Positions 1-13,053 are shown, counted from the first letter of the stretch. The stretch: DNA of 64,000 bases from Acidobacteriota bacterium (GCA_050011535.1 JBEKIX010000008.1:9099-73098), one strand, 5' to 3'. The notes: generated from the sequence alone by a model not told the origin. Program-made: numbers and translations.

Positions 1-145
1 GGATTTCAAGGCGGCATGCCGCTTCGACCGCGCGCCGCACGGCGCGAGCGCCGGCTTCGTGGCCCTTCCAGCGCGGTAGGCCGCGTTGCTCGGCCCAACG
101 GCCGTTTCCATCCATGATGATTGCAACGTGTCGGATCGGATTCAT
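1..145 (-). CDS. uppS: Cis-isoprenyl diphosphate synthase (UppS family), 5' part only; runs off the window edge
   Basis: Manual translation from ATG 145 gives [36 protein letters not shown], containing the [16 protein letters not shown] signature. Not in the ORF track. Could be a paralog. Confidence 0.85.
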   Translation of the reverse strand, partial: MNPIRHVAIIMDGNGRWAEQRGLPRWKGHEAGARAVRRAVEAACRLEI

Positions 146-152
146 ACATTTC

Positions 153-536
153 TCAACTATGTGACGGAAGAGGATCAATGCCGGTCCGCAGGGACCTGAC
201 CGCGCTTCTGCGCACTCTTTCCAGATCGGGCACTAGGCCGGAAAGCTTCTCAAGATAATCCTCCAGGGCTAGCCGCCCCTCGGGGCTCAGCCGGTACGTG
301 CTCTTGGGTTTCCGATCTTCAAAGCGCTTGTTGCAGACTACAAATCCGGCTTCTTCGAGCTTCCGCGCCTGGACACTTAGATTTCCATCCGTCGTCTGCA
401 GCAAATCACGCAACTCGGTGAAGCTGAGCGATTCCTGAACCACCAGCGCCGAGAGAATCCCGAGCCGCAGGCGCTCATGGATCATCGGATCGAGCTCATT
501 GGGCGTGGGACGTGCCGGTTTCTTGTTCTTAACCAT
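153..536 (-). CDS. Winged-helix transcriptional regulator (ArsR/MarR-like, HTH_34 type)
   Basis: [51 protein letters not shown] pattern; ATG 536 preceded by GGAGG. Confidence 0.85.
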   Translation of the reverse strand: MVKNKKPARPTPNELDPMIHERLRLGILSALVVQESLSFTELRDLLQTTDGNLSVQARKLEEAGFVVCNKRFEDRKPKSTYRLSPEGRLALEDYLEKLSGLVPDLERVRRSAVRSLRTGIDPLPSHS

Positions 537-1131
537 TGTGCCTCCAGGCAATGTAAGCCCCGAAAACGAGGTGAAGCCACCCGAAACCCAGCGCGAGCCA
601 TGCTAGGCCCAGGTTTTCAGGGGTAAGTGCGGCCGCCGCCGCGGTTGCCAGCAGCGAAAGGCCAAAATAGCGTACCGGGGGGACTGAAACGAGAGACCCA
701 TTGGTCACCGCGGCGCCGTAACATCCAAGCCATATGGGCGGCAGCCAGCCCAGGTTTTGCGTGCGCACAGCCAGGCTGGTGAGGATGGCGCCCACAAACA
801 ATGCGGGACACAGACTCCACAGGAGCTTGCGCATCAGAGGCGCCTGCAGCCGCGCCCCGGTCAATTGCGATTTGCGGTATATGCCGTAAGAGACAATCGC
901 AAGCGAGACTACCAGAACGATCCCCCAGACTTCGAGAGCGGCCTGAACACGCGATCCGCCGGACCACGGCGAGCCTGTAACGAGCAGATTGGCAGTCACA
1001 CCTGCGAGGGTCGCGACGCCGGCGGCCACAAGGCCTTTACCAGGGACCGCCGTGAACCGCCCTGCCGCGTCCAGTGTCTGGCGGATATACTGCAGATTTT
1101 CGTGAGCCACTTCCCTGCTGGACTGTTCCAC
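529..1131 (-). CDS. Multi-pass membrane protein of unknown function, coupled to the regulator
   Basis: About 6 hydrophobic helices; N-terminal AHENLQYIRQTL; GTG 1131 with GGGAGG RBS; stop overlaps the regulator start. Confidence 0.75.
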   Translation of the reverse strand: MEQSSREVAHENLQYIRQTLDAAGRFTAVPGKGLVAAGVATLAGVTANLLVTGSPWSGGSRVQAALEVWGIVLVVSLAIVSYGIYRKSQLTGARLQAPLMRKLLWSLCPALFVGAILTSLAVRTQNLGWLPPIWLGCYGAAVTNGSLVSVPPVRYFGLSLLATAAAAALTPENLGLAWLALGFGWLHLVFGAYIAWRHNG

Positions 1132-1191
1132 AGTAGGAGTCCTCCCTGTCGGAAAGTAATTGTATAGCTCAAAAAGCAATATGAAGTCAAG

Positions 1192-1210
1192 TACTTTATA
1201 TTATAAAGTA
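1192..1210. promoter_or_regulatory. Perfect palindromic candidate operator TACTTTATA-T-TATAAAGTA
   Basis: 9-1-9 perfect inverted repeat beside a minus-strand TTGACT -35-like hexamer (1185-1190), upstream of the membrane protein-regulator-uppS genes. Confidence 0.65.
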
Positions 1211-1273
1211 TGTTCGTAAAACATTTGGCCCGCGGCAGTGCTGCGTGTCCGTGCACCATCTCAGCGCCACGCG

Positions 1274-2659
1274 TCAGGGTTGGCTGCCGAGATGAAAGCC
1301 GGCGCCGAGCTTGTGGCCGAGGCGGTCGGTAATCCAATGGCCGTCCCACCATTCAACCGGATTGACCGGCAAGCCGTCTAGAATCACGCCGAAGTGAAGA
1401 TGATCTCCGCCGGCGAGACCAGTTTCGCCAGTTTGCCCTATGATATCGCCGCGTGCGACCTTCTGGCCAGGGGTCACGGCGATGGAAGACATGTGGCCAT
1501 AAAGGGTCATCACGCCAAAACCGTGGTCGATGATCACGGCATTTCCGTAGATTCCGAAGTACTTGGCCTGCAGGACATAACCGTCGTTCGCGGCCGGTAT
1601 CGGAGCGTGGCGCGTTACGGCCAGATCGTAGCCCAGGTGAGTCTGATGATCGACGACCTTTCCTTGGTATTTGTAGCTGCGGTAGTCGGCAAATCCGGCC
1701 ATCACCTTACCGTTCTGAATAGCCAGGAACGGTTGGCTCCAGATGACCTCCCGCCGCGACTGCTTGGCAAGATTCACGAGCGCATCTGCATCCTTTTCAC
1801 GCAGCTCGGTATTGATCGCAATATAGTTGTCCAGCAGGTTGCCGCGGTCGCGAAAATCGGGGGTTTGATCCATGATCTCCGGCACCACTTTGCCCATGAA
1901 GACGTCGGTCAGTTCGACAGTGTCCTCCTTGAATTTCCTGGGAAAGAATTGGTCGATGAAGGAAACCACTGCTTCGTTGTCCGCCGCATCGTCAGCAACC
2001 AGATGCACGTTGAGCGTATTCATGTCGTACGGAACCGAGAAGAAGGCAAACCGCTCGCTCTTGCCGCCGCCGGGAAGCGGATAGCCGGGAAACCACCACC
2101 TGCCTGCCTGTACGCCGTCGCGAACTGAAGAATCACCGACCCGGTACACTACGGCCTCGCACCCCCCCTGCGCCACGTACGTCTGCGTGGATATCACCTG
2201 CAGCAAAGGAGGAGTAAGCCGCACAGGCAAAGTGATCTCTTGCATGGCCGGCCCCGGGTGCCGCAGCCAGGATCCGATGCGCCCGGCAGCGACCCTGATG
2301 GAAGCCTGGCCCGTTTTGAGCCCGGCAATCGTTTCCCTGCCGGCTTGCACTTGGACGGTATCGCGCGTGGTTCGGGCGCCCCAAAAATTCAGGCTGGAAG
2401 GGTAGGCGTAGCTCTTCTCGGCCAAGGTTTCGATATGATCTCCCTGCACAAACTCCACCTTCACACTGCTCAATCCCCGGCGCGGCTCAGAAATTTCGAT
2501 CGTTATGGCCGTGCGTTTCCCGATGACGGGCGCGGCCGGCCGAATGTTAATGCCGGGAAGAGCCCCGACCCGGAGGATACCAATCCCCACGAATGCTCCC
2601 ACGGCGGCGCACGCCAAGAGCAAGATTCCCAGCGGAAGAAAACTCCTTTGTTCTACCAT
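1274..2659 (-). CDS. M23 family metallopeptidase with N-terminal membrane anchor
   Basis: HLGYD (HxxxD), YGHMS and GDHLHF (HxH) motifs; N-terminal TM helix; ATG 2659 chosen from the AAGGGA RBS. Confidence 0.9.
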   Translation of the reverse strand: MVEQRSFLPLGILLLACAAVGAFVGIGILRVGALPGINIRPAAPVIGKRTAITIEISEPRRGLSSVKVEFVQGDHIETLAEKSYAYPSSLNFWGARTTRDTVQVQAGRETIAGLKTGQASIRVAAGRIGSWLRHPGPAMQEITLPVRLTPPLLQVISTQTYVAQGGCEAVVYRVGDSSVRDGVQAGRWWFPGYPLPGGGKSERFAFFSVPYDMNTLNVHLVADDAADNEAVVSFIDQFFPRKFKEDTVELTDVFMGKVVPEIMDQTPDFRDRGNLLDNYIAINTELREKDADALVNLAKQSRREVIWSQPFLAIQNGKVMAGFADYRSYKYQGKVVDHQTHLGYDLAVTRHAPIPAANDGYVLQAKYFGIYGNAVIIDHGFGVMTLYGHMSSIAVTPGQKVARGDIIGQTGETGLAGGDHLHFGVILDGLPVNPVEWWDGHWITDRLGHKLGAGFHLGSQP

Positions 2660-2904
2660 ATCCCTTCTTGATCCCATCCTGATAGGGCGGCGAAATGCAA
2701 AGATCCTCTGAAGATGTTCGGGCTGTCGTCCTTCGCCGGCATTTGAGTCGACAACCATAGTCAAGCGCGCTCATGGTAGCACAAAGAGTGACGCACAGGC
2801 AGCGTGCGATCTCTGCTATGATTGGGAGAATCGGAAGCAGGCACGTTCGCGTAACCATGTGGCAGGCGACGTCGACCGCAACAACTCATTCACGGGAAAA
2901 TCTT

Positions 2905-3705
2905 ATGAAAATCACGATTGATGGGAATCAGGTCAACTACGAGATGGATGGCCCAGTAGCGGCCCCGGTGGTTGTGCTGAGCCATGCCCTGGCCACGAAT
3001 CTCTCCCTGTGGGATCCCCAGATCGAAGTTTTGGCCCGGGATTTCCGCGTGCTGCGCTACGACACACTCGGGCACGGCGGCAGCGATGCACCGCCCGGCC
3101 CCTATTCGCTCGATCAGCTGGCGAGACAGGCCGCAGGGCTGCTCGACGCCCTGGGGATCGCGAGGGTGCACTTCGTCGGACTCTCCATGGGAGGCATGAT
3201 CGCGCAGGCATTCGCTTTGATCAAACCGCAGTCAGTGGCCAGCCTGCTGCTGTGCAGCACCTCGAGCCGAATCCCACCCGAGGCTCAAACTCTCTGGAAG
3301 GAGCGCATCCGGATCGCGGAATGCGAAGGCATGGAACCGCTGGTCGAGCCAACGGTCGCAAGATGGTTTACCGCTCCGTATCGCGCCTCCCACCCGGAGG
3401 TTATCGAGCGGGTGCGCGGCATGATACGCCGGACGTCCGCCTCGGGATGCGCGGCCTGCTGTCACGCTATTGCCGCACTCGACCTGACGGCTCGCCTCCA
3501 GGCAATTCGGAGGCCTGCTCTAGTGATCGTGGGGGAGGAGGACCAAGGTACGCCAGTAGCAATGTCGCGGACGATTCACGAGCGCCTCGCCGGCTCAGAG
3601 ATGGTGATATTGCCCTCGGCGTCACACTTGTCCAACGTCGAACAGCCGCAAGCATTCAATCGCGCCGTGACTGCGTTCCTCGGCCGCTGCGCCGGGAAAG
3701 CTTAG
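2905..3705 (+). CDS. pcaD: Alpha/beta hydrolase, 3-oxoadipate enol-lactonase-like
   Basis: VLSHALAT..LWDPQ, RYDTLGHG, GLSMGG nucleophile elbow, ASHLSNVEQP catalytic His; no other pca genes nearby. Confidence 0.75.
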   Translation: MKITIDGNQVNYEMDGPVAAPVVVLSHALATNLSLWDPQIEVLARDFRVLRYDTLGHGGSDAPPGPYSLDQLARQAAGLLDALGIARVHFVGLSMGGMIAQAFALIKPQSVASLLLCSTSSRIPPEAQTLWKERIRIAECEGMEPLVEPTVARWFTAPYRASHPEVIERVRGMIRRTSASGCAACCHAIAALDLTARLQAIRRPALVIVGEEDQGTPVAMSRTIHERLAGSEMVILPSASHLSNVEQPQAFNRAVTAFLGRCAGKA

Positions 3706-3947
3706 GATTCAGTAAGTCTCTTTTTACCGCAAACTGTAGGGGGAAAGGGGCAAAGGGAAAGCATCCTCAAGATCCATGGCTTTTTGCCAGACCTGCAGGT
3801 CTCTGAAAGTCCTGATCCTGATTGGAGTCGTAGTCATGTGCTTGCCTCCAATGATGAGAACCGAGGCGAGAAGACAAGGGCCGTTTACCCCCTTGAGCCC
3901 TTACCTCTTTGCCCCTGACGCCATACACGAAAGTAGTACCGAGACAT

Positions 3948-3981
3948 AAAAAGGGCTCGTAGCGAGAAACCACGAGCCCTT
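3948..3981 (-). terminator. Rho-independent terminator of groESL
   Basis: AAGGGCTCGT...ACGAGCCCTT stem running into a T tract on the minus strand, about 25 nt after the groEL stop. Confidence 0.75.
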
Positions 3982-4006
3982 GGAAGTGTTCCGAAATCGG
4001 AACGGG

Positions 4007-5638
<1,632 letters not shown>

Positions 5639-5698
5639 TTACTCACTCCTTTAAGGTTCGGTTCTTGTCTCTCTTGTTGATTGCCTCGCGCAGGTCTG

Positions 5699-5989
5699 TT
5701 ACTTCGCCAGCACAGCGAGGATTTCCTCTTCGCGCATGATGACGAATTCCTGATCGTCAATCTTGATTTCCGTTCCTGCATACTTCCCAAAAAGTACCCG
5801 GTCACCCGTCTTGAGATCCATCGGGGAGCGTTTGCCGTCGTCCATGAGCTTGCCCGGTCCTACCGAGATGACTTCACCTTCCATTGGCTTCTCTTTCGCC
5901 GTGTCGGGGATGATGATGCCCCCCTTGATGACTTCCTTTTCTTCTAAGCGCTTCAAGAGAACACGATCATGCAAAGGCCTGACATGCAT
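5699..5989 (-). CDS. groES: Co-chaperonin GroES
   Basis: [31 protein letters not shown]. Confidence 0.99.
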   Translation of the reverse strand: MHVRPLHDRVLLKRLEEKEVIKGGIIIPDTAKEKPMEGEVISVGPGKLMDDGKRSPMDLKTGDRVLFGKYAGTEIKIDDQEFVIMREEEILAVLAK

Positions 5990-6047
5990 AGTGTTAAGTC
6001 TCCTTTTCTTTCAAAAAAACCTCTTCCATTAGGTTACGCCACGAGTA

Positions 6048-6074
6048 TTAGCACTCGATCAAAGCGAGTGCTAA
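6048..6074. promoter_or_regulatory. CIRCE element (HrcA operator)
   Basis: Exact TTAGCACTC-N9-GAGTGCTAA upstream of groES. Confidence 0.97.
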
Positions 6075-6075
6075 T

Positions 6076-6103
6076 AATATAAATTGGAAGGGCGGCTTGT
6101 CAA
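6076..6103 (-). promoter_or_regulatory. Sigma70-type promoter of groESL
   Basis: TTGACA-N16-TATATT immediately upstream of CIRCE. Confidence 0.7.
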
Positions 6104-6265
6104 ACGGCACGAGCGGTTTTTTATGCCCGCGGAAAATTGAAATTATGAGGATTTTATGGCTGCGAATGTTGATGCATGCAAATCTTTGCTAATATAATGT
6201 TGATTTGAATTTTTAGAATCCTTTAGAATGCCCAGGATGGTTTCATAGAGAAGGGGGTATCATCC

Positions 6266-7327
6266 ATGGATCGAGGCCACAAATGGCTGCTCCTTGCCTC
6301 TCTGGCGGGCGCGGTAGCGTTGGCTGCTGGACTGTGCTGGGCACAACCGCAGACTCAGAGTCAGGTGCAGAAAAAAGTCGTGGAGCCGCAGAAGCAGGAC
6401 GAGACGCCCTACACAGAAGAAGAGTTCAACGCCTATGAGGCGGCGGTCAAGGAGCCAGATCTGACGAAGAGGCCGGCGCTTCTGATTGCCTTCATGGAGA
6501 AATATCCCAAGTCGACACTTCAGGTTTACATCGTCAACGCGTACGAGGCCCTGATGGCGCAGTACCATGATCAAAAGAACTACAAGACGTTGGAGCCGCT
6601 GGCGGAGCAATGGCTTAAATACAAGCCAGACGACCTCAAAACTCTGCTCTTGATCACAGATTCGGCGCAGAACCTGGGCCTCGACGCCAAAGTTCTCGAA
6701 TACGGCCAGAAGGTTTATGCGGCGGCCCCTAACGCTCAATTGGCCGCTTTGATTTACCAGACGTATGAAAAAATGGGAGATCAGGCCAAGCGCGAGGAAT
6801 GGGCTCTCAAGCTTATGGCAATGCCCGAGTTCAACGACAACTTCGAATTACGGTGGCTTTTCGTGGTTAAGCACGCCGAGAAAAAAGAACTCGCGAAGGC
6901 TGCGGACTATGCTCAGCAGGCATTAAAGGCACTGGCATCTGCGAAGAAGCCTGATGCCACATCTCAAGCCGATTGGGTCAAGCATACCAAGGACGTTGAG
7001 CATGCTTGCTACAATATCATCGCGACCAACTATCAAGAGCAGAAGAAGTGGGACGAGGCCATTCAGACGTATGAGAAGGCGCTGAAAGTCAAACTGTACG
7101 ATGGGGGTTATTATTACATCGGCTATTGTCAGTGGCAGAAAGACGACGTCGACAGTGCCATTCCGTCATTTGCCAAAGCCGAATACCTGGGTGGTGAACT
7201 CAAGGCCAAGGCGACCGAGAACCTCGAGAAGCTCTACAAGAGCCAACACAACCAGACCCTTACCGGCATTGACAAAGTGCGCAACAAAGCCAAGCTGGAA
7301 ATAGACGCTCTCCGCGCCGGCAAATAG
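6266..7327 (+). CDS. Secreted tetratricopeptide-repeat protein
   Basis: Signal peptide ending CWA-Q; all-helical TPR-like repeats (WDEAIQTYEKAL, YYYIGYCQWQ..AIPSFAKA). Confidence 0.8.
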   Translation: MDRGHKWLLLASLAGAVALAAGLCWAQPQTQSQVQKKVVEPQKQDETPYTEEEFNAYEAAVKEPDLTKRPALLIAFMEKYPKSTLQVYIVNAYEALMAQYHDQKNYKTLEPLAEQWLKYKPDDLKTLLLITDSAQNLGLDAKVLEYGQKVYAAAPNAQLAALIYQTYEKMGDQAKREEWALKLMAMPEFNDNFELRWLFVVKHAEKKELAKAADYAQQALKALASAKKPDATSQADWVKHTKDVEHACYNIIATNYQEQKKWDEAIQTYEKALKVKLYDGGYYYIGYCQWQKDDVDSAIPSFAKAEYLGGELKAKATENLEKLYKSQHNQTLTGIDKVRNKAKLEIDALRAGK

Positions 7328-7380
7328 CGCATTGCATTTACCGACGCATCGCGGGCAAGATCAGAACTGCCGAGGATCCC

Positions 7381-7857
7381 ATGAATCTTGAAGGCAAGTG
7401 GAAAGCCATATTGATCGGGTCCCTGATAACGGGGCTGGCGCCTCTCGTTCCCCTTCTCAATCTGGCCTGCTGTCTGATTCCTTTCGCGGGGGCTCTCGTA
7501 GCGGTGGCGATTTACTGCAATGAGACGCCGCGGACCGCCGTAAACAACAGCGACGGAGTCATCCTGGGCGTGATGACCGGATTGATTGGATCCGTAATAT
7601 ACGCAATCCTCATCATCCCCGTGGTTTTTTTCCTGGGCAACTTCATCGGCGGCTTTCTGGGACGCCTGCTCCCGGGAGAGGCAGATCTACCTGCAAGGCT
7701 GGAGCCCTTAGTGCACGGAATTCTCGCCAACTTTGGCGGCATCCTGGCTTTTGCGGTGATCTTCCGAGTGTTGAGCCACCTGGGCCTGTCCCTCGTGTTC
7801 GGCATCCTTGGCGGCATCGCTGGGGTCGCCCTTTTCAAGCGCACTGCCAACCCCTGA
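7381..7857 (+). CDS. Small integral membrane protein of unknown function
   Basis: About 4 Gly-rich TM helices; NLACCL motif. Confidence 0.7.
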   Translation: MNLEGKWKAILIGSLITGLAPLVPLLNLACCLIPFAGALVAVAIYCNETPRTAVNNSDGVILGVMTGLIGSVIYAILIIPVVFFLGNFIGGFLGRLLPGEADLPARLEPLVHGILANFGGILAFAVIFRVLSHLGLSLVFGILGGIAGVALFKRTANP

Positions 7858-8014
7858 AAACAGCAATCGACCAAAGGCGCATATCGATCCTCCGGATGTC
7901 CTCGCGAACGTGCGCCTGCGAGAGGAGAATGTGGATAATTGCCTGTTGCGCATAACCCGGCGAGTCGCGCCAGCAACTCGAACTCACGACACATCGCCGG
8001 TGGGTCGCAGTAGT

Positions 8015-8449
8015 CTAATGGACTCGGCTCTTCGCAGCGCGCACCTGCCGTGCGATGTGTAAGCGCGAGAGAGCCCGCAGCAGTGCCAGTTCGGCGCGTG
8101 CGAAATCGAGGTTGGGGTCCTTGGAACCCAGGCGTCTTTCCGCCCGTGATTTGGCCTGCTCGGCGCGGTTGAGATCGATCTCCGAGGCCAGCTCCGCGGT
8201 CTGCGCCAGCAGGACCACACGATCCGGTAGAACTTCAGCGAATCCCCAGGAACAAAAGAAACTCTCCATGGCATCGCCGACATGATACCTGATCTCGCCG
8301 ATGCCCAACTCTGCGAGCAGCGGAGCGTGCCCGGGAAGGATTCCCAGTTCTCCTTGGTTGGAAGGGAGGGTGACCCGATCGACGAGACCGTTGAAGAGTT
8401 GCCTCTCCGGCGTTACTACGACAAGATGTATTTTTTCCGGCAGCGCCAT
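8015..8449 (-). CDS. atpC: ATP synthase F1 epsilon subunit
   Basis: VVTPER, GELGILPGHAPL, GFAEV; last gene of the operon. Confidence 0.97.
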   Translation of the reverse strand: MALPEKIHLVVVTPERQLFNGLVDRVTLPSNQGELGILPGHAPLLAELGIGEIRYHVGDAMESFFCSWGFAEVLPDRVVLLAQTAELASEIDLNRAEQAKSRAERRLGSKDPNLDFARAELALLRALSRLHIARQVRAAKSRVH

Positions 8450-8524
8450 AAGATTCAGTGAAGAACGGGGAGTGACTAATCGATCTCATTCGTCACGCGT
8501 CATTCGTCACCCTTTCCGACTGTT

Positions 8525-9934
<1,410 letters not shown>

Positions 9935-10018
9935 TCACTCTCCTCTCGATGGGAGCACGCGCGTTCCGGCCTCAGGATGCGAATTACGCGGCCCCGCTAT
10001 CGAAGCGGCCGGATCGGA

Positions 10019-10879
10019 TCAGGATCCGGCGGCGGTTGCGCCGCTGACGACCTCGATCAATTCCTTGGTAATTCCCGCCTGGCGCACCTTGTTGGCATAG
10101 AGGGTCAGGCTGTCGATCATTTCGGACGCATTCTTGGTGGCCGCGTCCATTGAGGTCATACGCGCGCCCTGCTCCGAGGCGGCTGCTTCCAGCATGGCGC
10201 AAAAAATCTGCGATTCGACGTGGCGCGGCAGCAAACGGTTGAAGATCTCCTCCGGAGGCTCATCGTACAGATACTCCACGAGATGAGATTCCTCAATTCC
10301 CTCGATCTTGCGGATGGGAAGCAGCGGTTCCACGACCACGCGTTGCTGCACCACCGACTTGAACTCGTTATAGACGAGCCAGATCTGATCCTTCCTCTCC
10401 TGCACAAATTCCTCGATGATCCCCTTTGCGATCGCGGCGGCGTCGGCGAAGCTCGGCTTCTGCAGGATGCCGATGGCTTCCTGGCGCACAGAGTAGGAAC
10501 GGCGCCGGAAAAAGTCGCGTCCGCGCTTGCCGAGCAGGTTAAGCTCCACGGCGGCATCCGGGTGCCCGACGATGAATTCTACGGCCTGCTTCACGATATT
10601 CGTGTTGTAAGCGCCGCAGAGCCCCTTGTCCGCGGTGATTACGACCAGCTCGATGCGCCGTCCGCCTCGATGGGCGAGCAGCGCGTGTTGTTGCTCGGGC
10701 ACGCGCGCGGCAAGGCTGTTGAGCACTGCCAGCATCTGGCGCGCATAGGGGCGTGCCGCAATCACGCGCTCCTGGGCACGCCGCAGCCGCGCCGCGGAGA
10801 CGAACTTCATCGCGCGCGTGATCTGCTGAATGTTTTTGGCGCTGCGGATGCGGCGCCTGATATCTCGAACATTAGCCAT
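10019..10879 (-). CDS. atpG: ATP synthase F1 gamma subunit
   Basis: QITRAMKFVSAA, DKGLCGAYN, RQAGITKELIEVVSGA. Confidence 0.98.
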   Translation of the reverse strand: MANVRDIRRRIRSAKNIQQITRAMKFVSAARLRRAQERVIAARPYARQMLAVLNSLAARVPEQQHALLAHRGGRRIELVVITADKGLCGAYNTNIVKQAVEFIVGHPDAAVELNLLGKRGRDFFRRRSYSVRQEAIGILQKPSFADAAAIAKGIIEEFVQERKDQIWLVYNEFKSVVQQRVVVEPLLPIRKIEGIEESHLVEYLYDEPPEEIFNRLLPRHVESQIFCAMLEAAASEQGARMTSMDAATKNASEMIDSLTLYANKVRQAGITKELIEVVSGATAAGS

Positions 10880-10896
10880 ACGATTATCGGGGATTC

Positions 10897-12441
10897 CTAG
10901 CCGGCCGCCGCCTGTTCGGCGCCGCTCGCCCTGTCCACGGCGTATTTTTCCTTGAATTCCTTGAGCGCCGCCAGGAGTTGGGAGCGCATATCATCGCTCA
11001 ACGATTTCTCGGCGGCGATTTTTTTTACGAGCGGCCCCTTCATGGTTTCCATGAACTGGTACAGCTGCTTTTCAAAAGCACGGATCTGGCTCACGGGCAG
11101 ATCGTCCACAAACCCCTGAGTTCCAGAGAAAATGATGACGATCTGCCGAACTACGTCCAAAGGCTGATATTGATCCTGCTTCAGGATTTCGGTCAGCCTC
11201 TCGCCGCGCGCGAGCTGGGCCTGGGTCGCTTTGTCCAGATCGGAGCCGAACTGGGCGAAAGCCGCCAGTTCGCGGTACTGCGCAAGCTCCAGCCGGAGCG
11301 TACCCGCGACCTGTTTCATCGCCTTGATCTGAGCGTTGCCGCCGACGCGGCTCACCGAGTTTCCCACGTTGACGGCCGGCCGGATGCCCGCGTGAAACAG
11401 ATCCCCTTCCAGGAAGATCTGACCGTCCGTGATCGAAATGACGTTGGTCGGAATATAGGCGGAGATATCTCCTGCTTGCGTTTCGATCACAGGGAGTGCC
11501 GTGAGGGATCCGCCGTGGTTCTGATCGTTCATCTTGGCGGCCCGTTCCAACAGCCGCGAGTGCAGATAGAAAACGTCGCCGGGGTATGCTTCACGTCCCG
11601 GCGGCCGGCGGAGCAAAAGGGAGATCTCGCGGTAAGCGGCTGCATGCTTGGACAGATCGTCGTAAATGACCAGCGCATGCCGCCCGCGGTCGCGGAAGTA
11701 TTCGCCCATGGCACAGCCGCAATAAGGGGCGATGTACTGCATGGTCGCGGGATCGGATGCCGATGCCGAAACCACGATCGTGCGATCCATGACTTCATAA
11801 TCGGTGAGCGTCTTGACGACCTGAGCCACGGTCGAGCGCTTCTGCCCGATTGCGACATAAATCGAGATCACGTCGGTATTCTTCTGATTGATGATCGTGT
11901 CGATGGCGATGGCAGTCTTGCCGGTCTGGCGGTCCCCGATAATCAACTCACGCTGGCCGCGGCCGATCGGGATCATGGCGTCGATCGCCTTGAGCCCGGT
12001 CTGCAAAGGTTCCTTGACGGGCTGCCGGTCGATGACTCCGGGAGCGAGCCGCTCGATAGTAGCGTACTCCCCGCTAATGATCGGTCCCCGTTCGTCGATG
12101 GGTTCTCCCAACGCATTGACGACCCTGCCGATGAGCCCGTCGCCGACCGGAACACTCATGATGCGATTCGTACGCTTGACCGTGTCCCCCTCACCAATCA
12201 GGGTATACTCGCCGAAAAGGACGGCGCCCACATTGTCCTCTTCGAGATTGAGGGCGATACCCTTGACCCCGTGCGGAAAATCCAGGAGTTCGCCGGCCAT
12301 GACTCGATCCAGGCCATGAATACGCGCGATGCCGTCGCCCACCGACATGATGGTTCCCACTTCGCTGACCATCACGCTGGACTCGTAGTCCTTGATCTGC
12401 TCGCGTAGAATCTTGGTAATTTCGTCGGCATTGATTTGCAT
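10897..12441 (-). CDS. atpA: ATP synthase F1 alpha subunit
   Basis: [30 protein letters not shown]. Confidence 0.99.
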   Translation of the reverse strand: MQINADEITKILREQIKDYESSVMVSEVGTIMSVGDGIARIHGLDRVMAGELLDFPHGVKGIALNLEEDNVGAVLFGEYTLIGEGDTVKRTNRIMSVPVGDGLIGRVVNALGEPIDERGPIISGEYATIERLAPGVIDRQPVKEPLQTGLKAIDAMIPIGRGQRELIIGDRQTGKTAIAIDTIINQKNTDVISIYVAIGQKRSTVAQVVKTLTDYEVMDRTIVVSASASDPATMQYIAPYCGCAMGEYFRDRGRHALVIYDDLSKHAAAYREISLLLRRPPGREAYPGDVFYLHSRLLERAAKMNDQNHGGSLTALPVIETQAGDISAYIPTNVISITDGQIFLEGDLFHAGIRPAVNVGNSVSRVGGNAQIKAMKQVAGTLRLELAQYRELAAFAQFGSDLDKATQAQLARGERLTEILKQDQYQPLDVVRQIVIIFSGTQGFVDDLPVSQIRAFEKQLYQFMETMKGPLVKKIAAEKSLSDDMRSQLLAALKEFKEKYAVDRASGAEQAAAG

Positions 12442-12510
12442 GTCGGGTTTCCCTTTTTCGTCAGTCTGGGCGGAAGCAGATTCATTCAGGCCGTGCCCAG
12501 CCAGTGTCGA

Positions 12511-13053
12511 TCACTCTTGCATCAAACGCCGCCGCATCTCTTCGAGCTGCGTGCGGATGGAGCCATCGTAAACCGTGCTGCCGATCTGAACGACAACCCC
12601 GGCCAGAAGCTCGGGATCCGTCTGCATGGTAAGAACCGATTGGCGGCCGGTGGCCCCGGCGAGACTCATGCGCAAAGCTGACACATCCTCCTCGCTCAAG
12701 GGGGCCGCGGAGGTGACTCTGGCAGCGATGATCCCATGCCGCTCGTTCAGAGTCTTTTTATAGAGATCACAAATATCCCCAAAATAACGTATGCGATGGT
12801 GGCGGAGCAGAATGCGCAGAAAGTTGCTCGTGGATTGAATGACAGGATAACGAACGAGCAATTCAGAGAGCACGTTCTCCTTCGACTCGCGAGGAATCGC
12901 CGGGCTGTCGAGCGCATCCAAGAGTGCAGGAACCTGGCGGAAGATCTCACGGTAGGTACTGAGATCCTTCAAAACAGCAGCATCCTCGTTTTTCTCAAGC
13001 GTCACGTCTGCCAGAGCGCGCGCATAGCGGGCAAACACTGCCGACGGTATCAT
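12511..13053 (-). CDS. atpH: ATP synthase F1 delta subunit
   Basis: ARYARAL, DPELLAGVVVQIGSTVYDGSI. Confidence 0.96.
   Translation of the reverse strand: MIPSAVFARYARALADVTLEKNEDAAVLKDLSTYREIFRQVPALLDALDSPAIPRESKENVLSELLVRYPVIQSTSNFLRILLRHHRIRYFGDICDLYKKTLNERHGIIAARVTSAAPLSEEDVSALRMSLAGATGRQSVLTMQTDPELLAGVVVQIGSTVYDGSIRTQLEEMRRRLMQE

Noticed and set aside
2660-2904. N-terminal extensions in the ORF track (M23 peptidase, pcaD; also comF, rpmA, ychF, Omp85, ftsL, queA)
   Set aside because: Downstream starts have better RBS or match family N-termini, and several extensions overlap neighbouring genes.
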